Below, one piece after another: positions 39,624 through 50,919 of a DNA stretch of 64,000 bases. The number at the start of each line of letters is the position of its first letter. Positions within the stretch are counted from its first letter, which is position 1. Made by a program: the position numbers and the translations under genes. The notes under the pieces are model-generated. The model was not told where the DNA came from and did not search any database. It worked only from the letters and a program-made list of their open reading frames with translations. Source of the DNA: Vermamoeba vermiformis (lineage: Eukaryota). The DNA is taken from contig JBEWZL010000064.1 in assembly GCA_045837725.1 (NCBI GenBank), positions 124,001 to 188,000 of the forward strand, given 5' to 3'.

Positions 39624-41504
39624 CTATTTACAGCTCACAGCGTCCAATCGGTGTTGGAACTTGGTGACATCTGTCAAGGCAGTGAGCACAGAATAGCACG
39701 TTACCAAATTAGGAAATACTTACACGAGCGGATGAGCGCGCGATCATGATCAGCGAGGGTGATGTAGTCGTGATCGAGCAGCAGTTCCAAGCACGCGAGG
39801 GCCTGTGCGTACTTGTCGGCTGAAGTCACGTGATTGTTGATGGCCTCCTCCGTGGCAGCTTCGCGTCCGAGCAGCAGCACGCGCTGAAAGATGATCTGCT
39901 CCACACTCTCCACCAGCGCACTCGACTCGTGCTTCAAGCGACTCTTCATCGCCTCGTACCGCGTCACGCGACTCTGATACACGCCACGCAACTCTTTGAG
40001 CGCTGTGTGCGGTGAGTCATCGACCAGGGCACTGTCACGTGACTTACCTTGCACCAGGGCAGTGGACGGGGCAGTGCTGTTGACGACATTGGTGAGCAGT
40101 GTTTGACGCGTGGCTTGCAAGAGCTTGATGTAGAGCACGAGTGCATCGACTGGCTTGTCTTCGTGCACCTGTATTGCCTAATTAGGAAAGTGCTGCGAGG
40201 TACAGGCGATCAACTCACGCGATCAGCAAGGTCAAATGCGGACATTAAGCGGTGCATTTTGACACGCAGCACGGAGGTGTCACCCTGCGGAACAAATGTC
40301 AGCTAAATAAGGCTATTTATGTGCGCACGTGCCTCGCGCGAGTAGACGTCATCAGAGTGCTGCTTGACCACGTGAAAGTCACTCAAGTCACTCGAGTCAT
40401 TCGAACTTCGATTGGACTGAGCGCTGTCTCGCTGCGTGACACGTGTCAAAGGCTGATCGTTGAGCAAGACATCCTCGGACAGCGAGGTGTTGGACAGTTG
40501 ACTGCCCTGGTAGAGCGGTGCGTCGTGTTCGAGCCAGTCTGCCCAGTACGGGTGCAGCATGAACTCCTCCCACGTGATGCGTCGTGTGGGATCGTGCACG
40601 AGCAGGCGCGCGAGCAGATCAGCAGCGAGTGGCGTGAGGAGGTGGCGCCACTGCTCGGCTTGAAAGAGCTGTTCGTGCGGCAGTGCGGACTTGAGCTGTT
40701 TGAGCGAGGGCGTGGTCTTGAACAGCGGTCTGCCCGTCAGTGTGCGGAACAATATCACTCCGAACGACCACAAGTCTGGAAGGAGGAGGGGTGGTGAGTG
40801 ACTGGTCCAGCAGTACATCGCGCTGTGCTTACCTGTCTTGTACGTGTACTGTTCGCCGAGCCAGATCTCAGGGGACATGTACAGTTGACTGCCGCACTGT
40901 GTCTGCGCCAATTCGAATGGATTGCTCACTGCGCGCGCGAGACCAAAGTCGCCTATCTTGAGGTGCAGGCTGTTGTCGGCACTGCGTTGTAGCAACAGAT
41001 TTTCAGGCTTGAGATCGCGATGGATCACATCGAGACTGCGCAAATAGTGCAAGCCACGCACTAGCTGCACGAGGAACTGCTTGGCGTCATCTTCTTTCAA
41101 TCTGCCGTGCGGTTGTGCGCGCAAATACGACTCAAAGTCCCCGCCATCGCAGTACTCGAGCACCAGACACAGCGCATTGTTCACTGGATGCTGCCGCAGT
41201 GTGAGCTGATAAGTAGTGGAAAAATCGCACCTAGTATGTGCATAATACTTACTCGTTGCACGGCGTGTAATTTAATGATATTTGGATGCGAAGTCCGTTG
41301 CATAATGCTAATCTCAGCTTGAAGCTGCTTCTTAGCCCGCTGGGATTTTTCTTCGAATTCTTTTTTGATGATTTTAATAGCGACAGATTGGTGCGTGACT
41401 TTGTGTCGGCCCAAACACACGACTGAGAACGAGCCACTGCCCAACACTTTGCCATCTGTTTCGTACTCGCCGACTTCAAACGGCTTGATGACAAACAGCG
41501 ACAT
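39624..41504 (-). CDS. ATG1: ATG1/ULK family Ser/Thr kinase with C-terminal MIT-like region
   Basis: LGSGSFSVV, VAIK, LEYCDGGD, HRDLKPENLLL, KIGDFGLAR. The C-terminal ALVLYIK...EQIIFQRVLLLGREAATEE...YAQALACLELL is typical of Atg1. Confidence 0.85.
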
Positions 41505-41612
41505 GGCGTACTATTGCAACAGGTGACTATTGATTGTAACTGAGACGATGAGGTGTGGTGTTGGTGTTTGAGTTCATTTGAAATTATTAACGCAGATTTG
41601 AACAGCACAGCC

Positions 41613-42124
41613 ATGGCCAAGAACGGCGTATTGCAACTCAAAAAATTAATTATCAGCTTCTGCGATATTTCTGGCAGCAGTCAAGGTGTGAGGTAAGCTC
41701 TTTGTTTCGTGGATCTGACGATCTCAAATGTTTATTTATTAATTAAAAAAATTATTATTTCTAACGCCTTATTTCAGAGAATTGACAGCATCCAAGAAGT
41801 TGCTGGATTTTATTAAGACAAATAAATCTGTTGATATAGAACCAAAAATTATTCGTGGCAAACACCCGCATCTGCGCGCGGTCTATGGTACGTACATTGT
41901 AAAATAACCATTAAGGGGCCATTTATAATTTTGGGGTATTAGAACAAGGACAAAAAACACTATGTGTTCGCAATATGACAGAAGATCAAGTGTTGGACAA
42001 GATGCAGTACTTACGCGACAGTCGCGGCACTGGCACGAGGAATTGGACGCAGCGACACATCTCAACACGACCTTCAATCCAAGGCTTCTGGACACCGCAT
42101 TGGAAACCCCCTACTCATCAATAA
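41613..42124 (+). CDS. MRPL43: Mitochondrial ribosomal protein mL43
   Basis: MAKNGVLQLKKLIISFCDISGSSQGVR...GKHPHLRAVY...CVRN...PSIQGFW. Confidence 0.92.
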
Positions 42125-42752
42125 TACGAAAGAATAATAAATAACGCTATTTACTGTACCTAGATGTCAGTACAAGAGAGGAACTGTCTTTGATAACGTT
42201 TCAAACAAAGCGCAGAGGTGGTTCTTATGCTGAGCAGTTTTGATATCAAGCAGAGTGTCTGTCCACTGACCGGAGTAATGACCAAACCAAATGCACTTTG
42301 TTTCATAGAACATGCATGGGATTTTGCATTCTGGCTGCTGAGGAGTGCTGAGACTTTTAGAGCTGAAGAAAGCTCGCTAATGGAGGGCAGCCTGCACATG
42401 GTAAGCAAGGTGTCCATCCATGGTCATGGTGTCCGTCAATGGACAGGGCATCCACCAACCTTAGTAATTTAAATGCCCTTGTTTCAATGTGTAGAACATA
42501 CAATATCAGTAGTTTAGCTGCAGAGGAGTGTAGAAAGAAGCAGGAGGGGGTGAAGTTGCCATACAATTGCAGCAAGTCATCAAGGCCTGCTTTGAAGGGT
42601 GGAGACGGAATGTCAGTGTTCTAAGTAGAATTCTGGTTTGAGAGTGAGCAGCAAGCAACTGATCCTGGGGCAGCCACCTCTCAGAGAAGAAAGGTTTTTG
42701 CATTTTTCATACATTGCATAGTTACTGTATGAGATTAAATCATTTCCCATGA

Positions 42753-43022
42753 CGGACATCCCTTCTGCAAAAATTGGACATCTGCCACGGACCTCTTGTC
42801 CACCACCATACATAGGTGGACATCCTGTCTGCCAAAAATTGGACATCTGCCATGGACTGCACGTCCGCCGACCATACATCATAGTACAAAGTTTTTAATG
42901 GATTTCTATGTGCCATGGCGGACATCCCATCCAGCAAAAATTGGATGTCCGCCACGGACCACGCGTCCGCCGACCATACATCATATAGTATGAAGATTTT
43001 AACAAGATTTCTATATGCCATG
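42753..43022. repeat. Three degenerate copies of a GGACRTCC..CAAAAATTGGAYRTCYGCCAYGGAC..ACCATACAT unit; inverted partial copy at ~43534-43563
   Basis: Copies start at ~42753, ~42816 and ~42918. Copies 2 and 3 share a ~102-bp unit. The reverse complement of ~43534-43563 reads ggcggacgtcctgtccgccaaaaatt. Confidence 0.9.
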
Positions 43023-43344
43023 TATATGATTAAGCATATCCCTTCATTATACACAGGTTTGCCACCATACTGGACAAAGTTACAACATAAAAAAGTATAG
43101 GTGATTCAAAATTGTTTTCATAGCTAGGTGACAATGCATTGTAGCCAAAGTTCAGGGTTGCATAAAATACGTATAGTTGTGTTGTGCCAAACATGTGCTG
43201 GTGGGTGGGTTCATACTTAATGATGAAAAATTACAAATTGCTGCCACTACAATATCTTTGATGATTACTTACATTTTCTTTTTAGATAGTGATAGATCTA
43301 GGTGTTTCCAAAGTTTCAATGGTATTGCAGCCAATTGAACAAAG

Positions 43345-44312
43345 TTCTAGTACTTAAGTTCTTTGCAGAACATTGCCATTTTCAGCTTCTGGCGTTTAGG
43401 CCAAAGCCTCCTGACGCCAATAGTAGGCTTCTTGGGTCCATTGATGCTAATGGCCAAGTTTGGTATAAGTTGGTCAATTACTAACATCAGCGGACGCAGC
43501 AACCCTGGACGGATGCAATGTCCACGGACGGACGAAAAATTTTTGGCGGACAGGACGTCCGCCCATGTATGTGGTTAAGCATATCCCTTCCATATAAACG
43601 TTTCCCAACAAAGTTACACAGATGCAACAATTTTTGGACAGTTAGGACAATGGGCCAGTCTGGCTCGGCTCGGCTATCCAGAACGTTTCGGCTAGCCGGA
43701 GGCAGGTAGTGGAAACTTGGGTTGGCAACCATGCAGAAGTCCCAGGTTCAAATCCCAGCCGGCAAACCTGATTTTTATTTATTTGTATGGCTCGGTACCT
43801 GCTTAAGGTGGACTGAAACTGTCAACCGCACTGATGTCATGGGTTCAATCCCGTGGGTAGCAATAATTATTATTATTATCCACATAGTTGCATGATCTTT
43901 GTTGCTTTTTCAGCTAGTAGGTTCATAATTGAAGGAACAATGGTTACTTAGTGTACTATGGATCCAACACAAAAGAAGTTCTTTGCACACCCTCCATATA
44001 CTTATCCAGAAGTTTTTACTTGTCTGGGACATGAGACTTGTCCAGGCTGGATAGGCGGGCCGGACATCTCACCCTGGCTGGCTATGTCACCATGCTGGAT
44101 TGGCCATCCTCCAATGAATTGTAGCCAAAGTTCACTTTGTAAATTTCAAATTTCACGTTCTTGTACTTGGTTCTTTGCAGAACAATGCCATTTTCAGCCT
44201 CCAGCGCTTAGCCCAAAGCCCCCTGATCAAATAGTAGTACTTAGGGTGCCCGCTGGTGCTAAGGGCAAAGTTTGGTATAAGTTGGTCAATTACTAACATC
44301 AGCGGATGCAGC
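43345..44312. repeat. ~160-bp diverged direct repeat pair (~43345-43500 and ~44157-44312)
   Basis: Both copies contain gttctttgcagaacaWtgccatttttcagc...aagtttggtataagttggtcaattactaacatcagcggaYgcagc. Confidence 0.9.
43695..43862 (+). other. Two tRNA-like (B-box-containing) degenerate fragments, SINE/pseudo-tRNA-like
   Basis: 43695-43764 has a GCCGG...CCGGCA acceptor-like stem, GGTTCAAATCCC and a downstream TTTTT. A second GGGTTCAATCCC hairpin at ~43838-43855 is followed by an (ATT)n tract. Neither folds as a perfect cloverleaf. Confidence 0.45.
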
Positions 44313-44844
44313 GTCCATCGACAATGCGCAGCAGTAATATGTTATTATGCCTCATATGTACAGATGCACCAGTTGGCGCCTTGTACCATACCTACATAGT
44401 ACATAACCTGGCCAACTTAGCCTGGCCGACCTCCTGTAAATTGTTCTACTGCAAGTTATTAACTAATAAAGGATTGCAAACAAGAACAAAGTTCTGGGGC
44501 GAGAGTGCAGCCAGTAAGATCCAGCCCAGAGCGCACGTCCGAAAGAAGCGGAGAGGTCGAAGATAGAGGGGATAATGAACAGAACCATTATTCCTGCAAT
44601 TATGAACCATTGGATGCACCACCTACAGACAGACACTCTGTCACTTGCACTCAGTGCAAAAATCCGGTGCGATCATCCAGAAAAGCATCCTTCTATTCTC
44701 TAGTAATCTGGATACAAAAATATTTCCTGAAGGACTTGTGTTAGTTCAACCATTCATTACTTGTTTACCACCACATATAGCTGGGAGATAAATCAACACT
44801 CTCACTTTCCTGCCTTTAACTCAACCTTCAATTATTATTATTAT

Positions 44845-47066
44845 TTACAACGATACACAGTGCATGTGTACAATAAAATTGCAGTCAGCAGGTTGCAGCG
44901 GACTCAATTCAACCTCGGGCACGTGCTCAGAAAGGAGTGATTGCAGTGTAGCTTCATGTTCTTTGCCACGGCAATACACCGTGCAATTGAGTATATTGCT
45001 TGCTGTTAGACCTGCACTTGATAACGCCTCACGCACTGCAAGGCTGCTCAACGATGGCACAGTGCCACGCAACACAATTTGGGCGTAACTGCGGTGAATG
45101 GATGTCACGTGTGCTGTCACACCTTCGTAGTGCACTAACAGCGAGTGAGTACAGTCATTCATGAAGGAAAATCTCTACTGACCTGTGCGCACTGCAAGTT
45201 GTTCCGCTGAAGATTGTTCCGCGCTGTCACCGTCACTCTCGTCCTCAGCTGGCAGGGATAAGCTGCATGCTGTCATTTTCAGTTCAACAGCTGCACCACG
45301 TGGCAGTTCAGGTGCCACCACGAACATCACGTGATCAGCGAGGTCGCTCAACACACCCCTGAGATTATTCCGCATGGCAGCCATGAGGTCTGAGGTAGCG
45401 GAGCTTTGTGCGAGATACAAAGTGCCACCAGTCCACAGAGCACGTGACTGTGAAGCGGAACAATGGTCGCGATGTGCAGCTGTCAACACGGCATTCGTAT
45501 GGTGCCAGCACGTGTCAAGTTGATTGACAGGTGTCGCAGGTTCAAGTGTCATAGTGACAGGTGTCAATGCAATTTGTCCCGCGAGCCAAATGAGTGTCAC
45601 GTGCTTGTTGACAGCAGTGACCTGTGCCTGACAGTACGGACCAATGCACGCGGGAGCCCAGTTGCTGATAGATTGCACGTGCAGACCCACGTGACTGCCC
45701 TGCGTGATGCCACTAACCTCGATGATCAGTGCCCTGGTAGATGACCCGTGCTGCACTGTCGCTCGTGCTGGTGGATTAGTGCCAAAAAAGGCACCGTACG
45801 CCCGATTGAATGCCAAAAATAGCTTCATATCGCGGAGATATGCCGAGATATAGACACAAGACTGCATGCTGAGTCCAGCCCTGGCAAGTGTATCTGGCAA
45901 GGAGATTAACGACGCAATCACCACATTGACACGTGTCAAACTCACCGCGCACAGTGCTCAACAGCTGCACAGTCTCCACTTCGACATCTGTCACGTGGGC
46001 AGTGCTCTCCACCGTGAGCCAAAAATAGCGCCCGCAGACCCGAAATGCACTGCGCGGCACTGAGAGTGCAGAGGTGTCGATCGCAGCGAGGTAACTCTGC
46101 TGCTGCGCGCTCCACGAGTGCAACAAGCTGCGAATCAGCGCTGGATCTGCAGTGAGGTGCACGTGTCGCAGCGGTGCGAGGGTGAATTGCGGGGACTTGA
46201 GCTCGAGATGACAGCTGTGCACGCGCAGCAGATAGACCTCTGCGTAGGGTATGTCAGAGTGCACAGCGAGCGAGGTGCGATCGAGTACAATGCGTGCGCG
46301 GTACAGCGGACAGTCAGTCACCAAACTCTCGTACTCACCGCCCTCGCCACACACGTGCACTCCGTACTGCGCGTGCAAGCGATGCAAGTGACTCGACAGC
46401 GCAGTGACTGTTTGGCCGAGATGTGCGCGCGTCAGTCCTATCGCTGCTGTCTTTACGATGCGAGGTTCAAAGTGGCGCATCTGCAACTCTTCCAGTACAC
46501 GCGACTGATCTTGCAGCCAAAGTGTCGCTAGAGACACCAAGTTGAGTCTCGAGCATCTACAAATTGATTAGTTCCGATGATGCAAGGACTACCAACACTT
46601 ACACGTGCTCGAAGCGCAATCGTTGGTAATTTGATTGGATCGCACCACTGCCCACAGCTTGGAGCTCTGGCAGGTCTTGTTTGATGCGCCATAGCAATTG
46701 ATAGAGATACTCGACCTCATCCACTTGTTCTTCGCTCTCTCTGGTCGCTGTAGCATCGTAAATCATTTCTGTATTGAGCGGGGCAGCAGCGCGCGGAGGG
46801 ATGTGCAGTGTGTAGAGTGGATAGTGACCTCCGAGAGCGCGGGCAATAATTGGTACCATCTCGGTGCCTATACTCTGATATACAAAGCTATCGACCTCTT
46901 CAGTCTCGCTAACAGTGTAGTTATACTCGTCGTTCTCGGTTAGTTGCTGGTCGGATTTGGTCGGTGAAATAGTAGCGAGGGCAATCACTTGGTGGCCAAG
47001 ATCGATCAATTTGGCCATATTCAGCAGACTGTCTTTTCCACCGCTCAATAAACAAACGACTTTCAT
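44845..47066 (-). CDS. DPH6: Diphthine--ammonia ligase with C-terminal RidA/YjgF-like domains
   Basis: MKVVCLLSGGKDS, DSFVYQSIG, DEVEYLY, GAIQSNYQRLRFEHV, HVCGEGGEYESLVTDCPLY, LHVQSISNWAPACIGPYCQA, LPRGAAVE. Confidence 0.95.
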
Positions 47067-47108
47067 GTTCTGGATCCGAAGAAAGAGTCAGCAAATTTCA
47101 CAACTCAT

Positions 47109-47532
47109 TTAAATACAATAATGCGTGCCTATTATTCTTGTAAATTTTTCTTTGATGCAACTGTTACACGTTTAAAGCGTAGAATTTTTGTAGTTTTGCC
47201 AAAATAATTTAGGTTCGGACCTGGATCTGCCGAGTAATTAGTAACAATAATAATACTAACACCATATTAACATACTCTGATGTTCGAATAGCAACTCAGT
47301 ACCAACACTCTCTTCGTAAGTACCCTTGAAAATGAGATCGTCAATTTTCAACACAGGTGCTTCCGTGTCAAGGCCCTACAATTGCACGCAGTTAATTCGG
47401 TGTTCGATATATGCAAAGTGCGCTCACAATAAGTGAATAGTGTTTGCAAGTAGCGAGCAGATTAGTGTCTTCGTATTCGTCTAGAGCTAGGACGACGTAG
47501 AATTGCTCGTGCGTGTCTAGAGTGGTGCTCAT
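47109..47532 (-). CDS. GTF3C6: TFIIIC subunit 6 (triple-barrel domain; GTF3C6/Tfc7-like)
   Basis: Three exons: EQFYVVLAL...YSLI|GLDTEAPVLKIDDLIFKGTYEESVGTELLFE...|YFGKTTKILRFKRV. Absent from the ORF track. Confidence 0.8.
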
Positions 47533-47695
47533 ATATTGAGACTAGGAGGTCATTAGAAATACCAAGCGTTTTTTTTTGGTTTATTTTCATTGGCGACCGA
47601 TGATATGAACTTTCGAATAGCGAGTCAGAGGGTGTGGTCAGAGGGTCAGATGGGAGTGGTGATGGTAGGGGGGGTGAGTGTACAAAAAAGGAAAT

Positions 47696-49104
47696 TTACT
47701 GTTGAAGGGAGAGCAACACCTTGCGGTCCTTGAACGGCTCTTCAGAGCGCGCGAGTGCGAGGTTGAGCGAGGTGAGGGAGTGACGCTCGACCCAGAGACG
47801 CAACTTCTCCTCGGCCACCAAGCTGATCAAGTGCTCCAGCGACTGGGCGCGCTTGTCGGGGTTCTGCTCGTTCCACGCGGTGAGCCAGAATCCGCGCAGT
47901 TTGATGTCCTTGAACAGCAAGGCACTGGTCGGCACGGTGACTGGACGTCGTGCCATGCCGCCGTAGGTGACAAGAGTGCCGCCAGGTGCGAGCAAGCGCG
48001 ACATCTCGGTGACTGTCTCGCCACCCGTGCAGTTGAGGGCGAGCTTGGGCTGCGGCAAGTCCTTGATCAAGTCGCGGAACTGAGCAGTGCGCAAGTACTT
48101 GTCGCCGCACACAATGTAGCCGCCGTGTTGCTTCATGCGCTCCACGAGTTGTTCGTAGCCAGGTCGTTCTTCGCGGATAATGTTGATCGTCTTCACGCCC
48201 TTCAACTTGGCAAGCTGCAGCACGCACTGACCGACCATGGAGTTGGCACCGTTCTGAGTGAAGGACGTTAGTATTCAGCTGCAGAGGTGCCTGTTGGGCC
48301 ATACCTGAATGACGACATCGCCCTTGTTGAGCTGTTCAAAGTCCTCCAAGAGGCGCAGTGCTGTCAAGGGATTCACGCTCAATGCAGCGAGGTACTCCGG
48401 CTTGACATTGTTCACTGCGGGGTGATGCACTGCTGACACACTCTTGCTCGACACGACTGCGTAATTGCGCCATGTGCCTGTAAAGGAGGGGTGTCAGTGG
48501 TGGTGATTTCGCAGGAGCAGATCCAAAACATAACAAGCGAGTTGTTTTGCGAAAATTTCAATATGTTAATTGCCTATCAATTAATAGCTGATATAGGTGA
48601 GAGCTGCTCGCGGTTGTAAATTAACAAAGTAATAATGACAATAATTACCAAAGCCAGGCTTAGAGGGCAGAACAAAGTCGTTGGGCTTGACATTCTTCAC
48701 ATTGCCACCTACTGCCACAATTTGACCCACACCTTCATTGCCTGCCACTGCTGGAAGAGACGGCAAGACTGGATATGTGCCCTCGATCATATTGATATCA
48801 GAGGGATTAATTGGCGCATACAACATTTTAACCAGAACCTCGTCGTCCTTCAAACTCGAGGGCAGTTTTTCTTTTTCCAAACTAAATTAAAAATTCAATA
48901 AATAAATTATTTTTCGCTTTAGACGTGGATGTGTGCGCCAAATGGCTAGGAATTAATTCCTTACGTCAATACTGATTTAGGACTACCATGTGTTTTAAAT
49001 CGTGCAACGAGTGCTTCTGCTGGAATGGTAGAATACAAACGAGCAGTGCGTGCACTAGATTTGCGCAAGTGCTTGGCGCTGATCGATACAACTTGTCTGA
49101 GCAT
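47696..49104 (-). CDS. MECR: Mitochondrial trans-2-enoyl-ACP/CoA reductase
   Basis: Presequence, [66 protein letters not shown]. Confidence 0.93.
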
Positions 49105-49308
49105 TGAAAGTTATATTGCAAGTGATATTAGCTACTTGTTGTAGTGTTCTTCAGATCAGCGTTATCAACAAGAACCAACAAATATCCTCCGCGGCAACAA
49201 TGCTCCGGGACTGACAGGAATTTTTACCCCCCGACATTTAATTTCGGGTGAATGCACAACTGCAAAGTTAGTATGTGAATTCGTCGTGTTTATTAAATGT
49301 ACAAGCAC

Positions 49309-50729
49309 TCAACGGAACTGCGAGGGTTGCTGAAACATGGCGGATGTGTTGTTCGCGTACTGGCCAGTCACGTGACTCTGCGCGGGGTACTGCGCGGAGC
49401 TCTGCGCGGGGTAATAGATCTGATTGCCGTACATCATGGGCTGATTGGGATTCATCATCATCTGTCCCTGCGCCATCATCACAGGCTGCTGCATCATCAT
49501 GCCCTGCGGTGTCTGACCAGGCACCATCATCATCATCGTGCCAGCGGTGTGTTGTGGCGTCATCATCGTGCCAGGGGTGAGCATCATGGGCTGACCAGCC
49601 ATCATCATCGGCTGTCCATTCATCATGTGTCCAGACTGACCACCAGGGGTGGCACTGAACGAGCCCGTGCCAGTGGCAGTGTGAGTGTTGGGCGTGGTGT
49701 TGTACAGCTGCATCAGAATGCTCTTCGTGTCTTGCATGGTCTGCGCACTGGTGGGCTTGGACTGCGCGGCTGTGTTCGGCACTGCACTCAGCTGCGGTGT
49801 GGCGCTGGGTCGTGCGGGCGTGGCTGTTTGGAACTGCGAGAATTCAATCGTGTCCAAGAAGTCCTTGCCGCGATTGTTGTTGACAGGTGTGTTGGTGACA
49901 GCAGTGGTCGTGACGGGTGTGGTGACAGGTGTGTTGACAGGTGTCGGGGTACCAAAGTCCAACAAGAGCTCGGAGGACTTGGGCACTTGTTGCTGTGGAC
50001 GGTGTTGTGGCTGTTGATGATGTGGCGCGTGATGACCATTGTGGTGCGTGTTGTGGTGAGTATTATGGTGCGTATTGTGATGGGGTGGGTGTAACTGTGC
50101 TTGATGGGGCTGTGAGTTGTGCGGGGCTGCAGGACGGCCAGTGCTGCTGGCACCGAGATTGTAGACCTGATTGTAGGCCTGCTTGTCCGTGAAGCTCTTG
50201 TGCTCGTACTTGTCGCGTATCCACAGCTCCAGTGTCTCCGTGCCCACGTGTCCTGAAGTCGCTGGTCGACGGTACGAGGCTGGGATCGCGTGTTCAAACA
50301 CTTGCTTGGCCAGACCATTGCCAATGCGCTTCAGTGTCTGGGAGAGTGTGAGCACTACAATGCACGTGCTGCTAGACATACCTCGACATGTTCGGGGGTC
50401 CAGTTGTCAAGATCAATGCTTTTTACTTTTGAGATGTGTGTTCCCAAACTACGATGAATACCTGCACAACGAGTGCATATGAATACACCTAAATTTGTCG
50501 ATGTCCAGCGAGGGCCTTATTAATTAGAATATTTGTGTTAGTTAATTTCCGTTTTTTACATTATTTGAAATTTTTCAAACCGATCGGACGTTAGTTGCTG
50601 TATTTATTTACCTTTAACGCCACAATCAGCACACGTTCTGTTATCAGGAATGTTTTTAACTAGATCTTCCAATGTCTGTCGAAATTCAGCTTGCAACTTT
50701 TCATCAGCGAGGATGCTTCTGTTTGACAT
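49309..50729 (-). CDS. SMAP-type ArfGAP with clathrin-box-like LLLDF and Met-rich tail
   Basis: [56 protein letters not shown]. Confidence 0.9.
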
Positions 50730-50919
50730 TTCAACTCGACTACGTCAATAATTGGTTGATAATAATATACAGTGTTTATTAGTGGTAATAAACTTCTAAA
50801 CGGCTATAATAATGACAAGTCGGTAAATTTCCTCAAGCGCGATACAGTTTCCCGCTTTTTTTATCCTGTATTTTCAAAATTCAAACAGCACACCTCAGCA
50901 CCACTAAGTACCACAAGAG

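Larger units (their letters stand above)
42150..44830. mobile_element. Decayed repetitive island, likely nested non-autonomous DNA-transposon remnants (boundaries approximate)
   Basis: Gene-free 2.7 kb in an otherwise compact region. It holds tandem and inverted subrepeats, a ~165-bp direct repeat, tRNA-like fragments and CpG depletion. No transposase ORF or clear TIR/TSD was found. Confidence 0.65.

Noticed and set aside
42753-43022. CRISPR-like appearance of the spaced repeats
   Set aside because: The units are degenerate, the spacers are homologous to each other, there are no cas genes, and the context is eukaryotic.
43695-43764. Functional tRNA gene
   Set aside because: The T-stem is mispaired and there is no clear D-arm or 7-nt anticodon loop; kept only as tRNA-like.
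42160-44744. Short ORFs in the repeat island as transposase or reverse transcriptase
   Set aside because: No DDE, RT, Rep or helicase motifs are recognisable; the ORFs are short and mostly translate the repeats.
44845-47066. DPH6-RidA fusion as a novel architecture
   Set aside because: This is the known architecture of fungal and plant Dph6.
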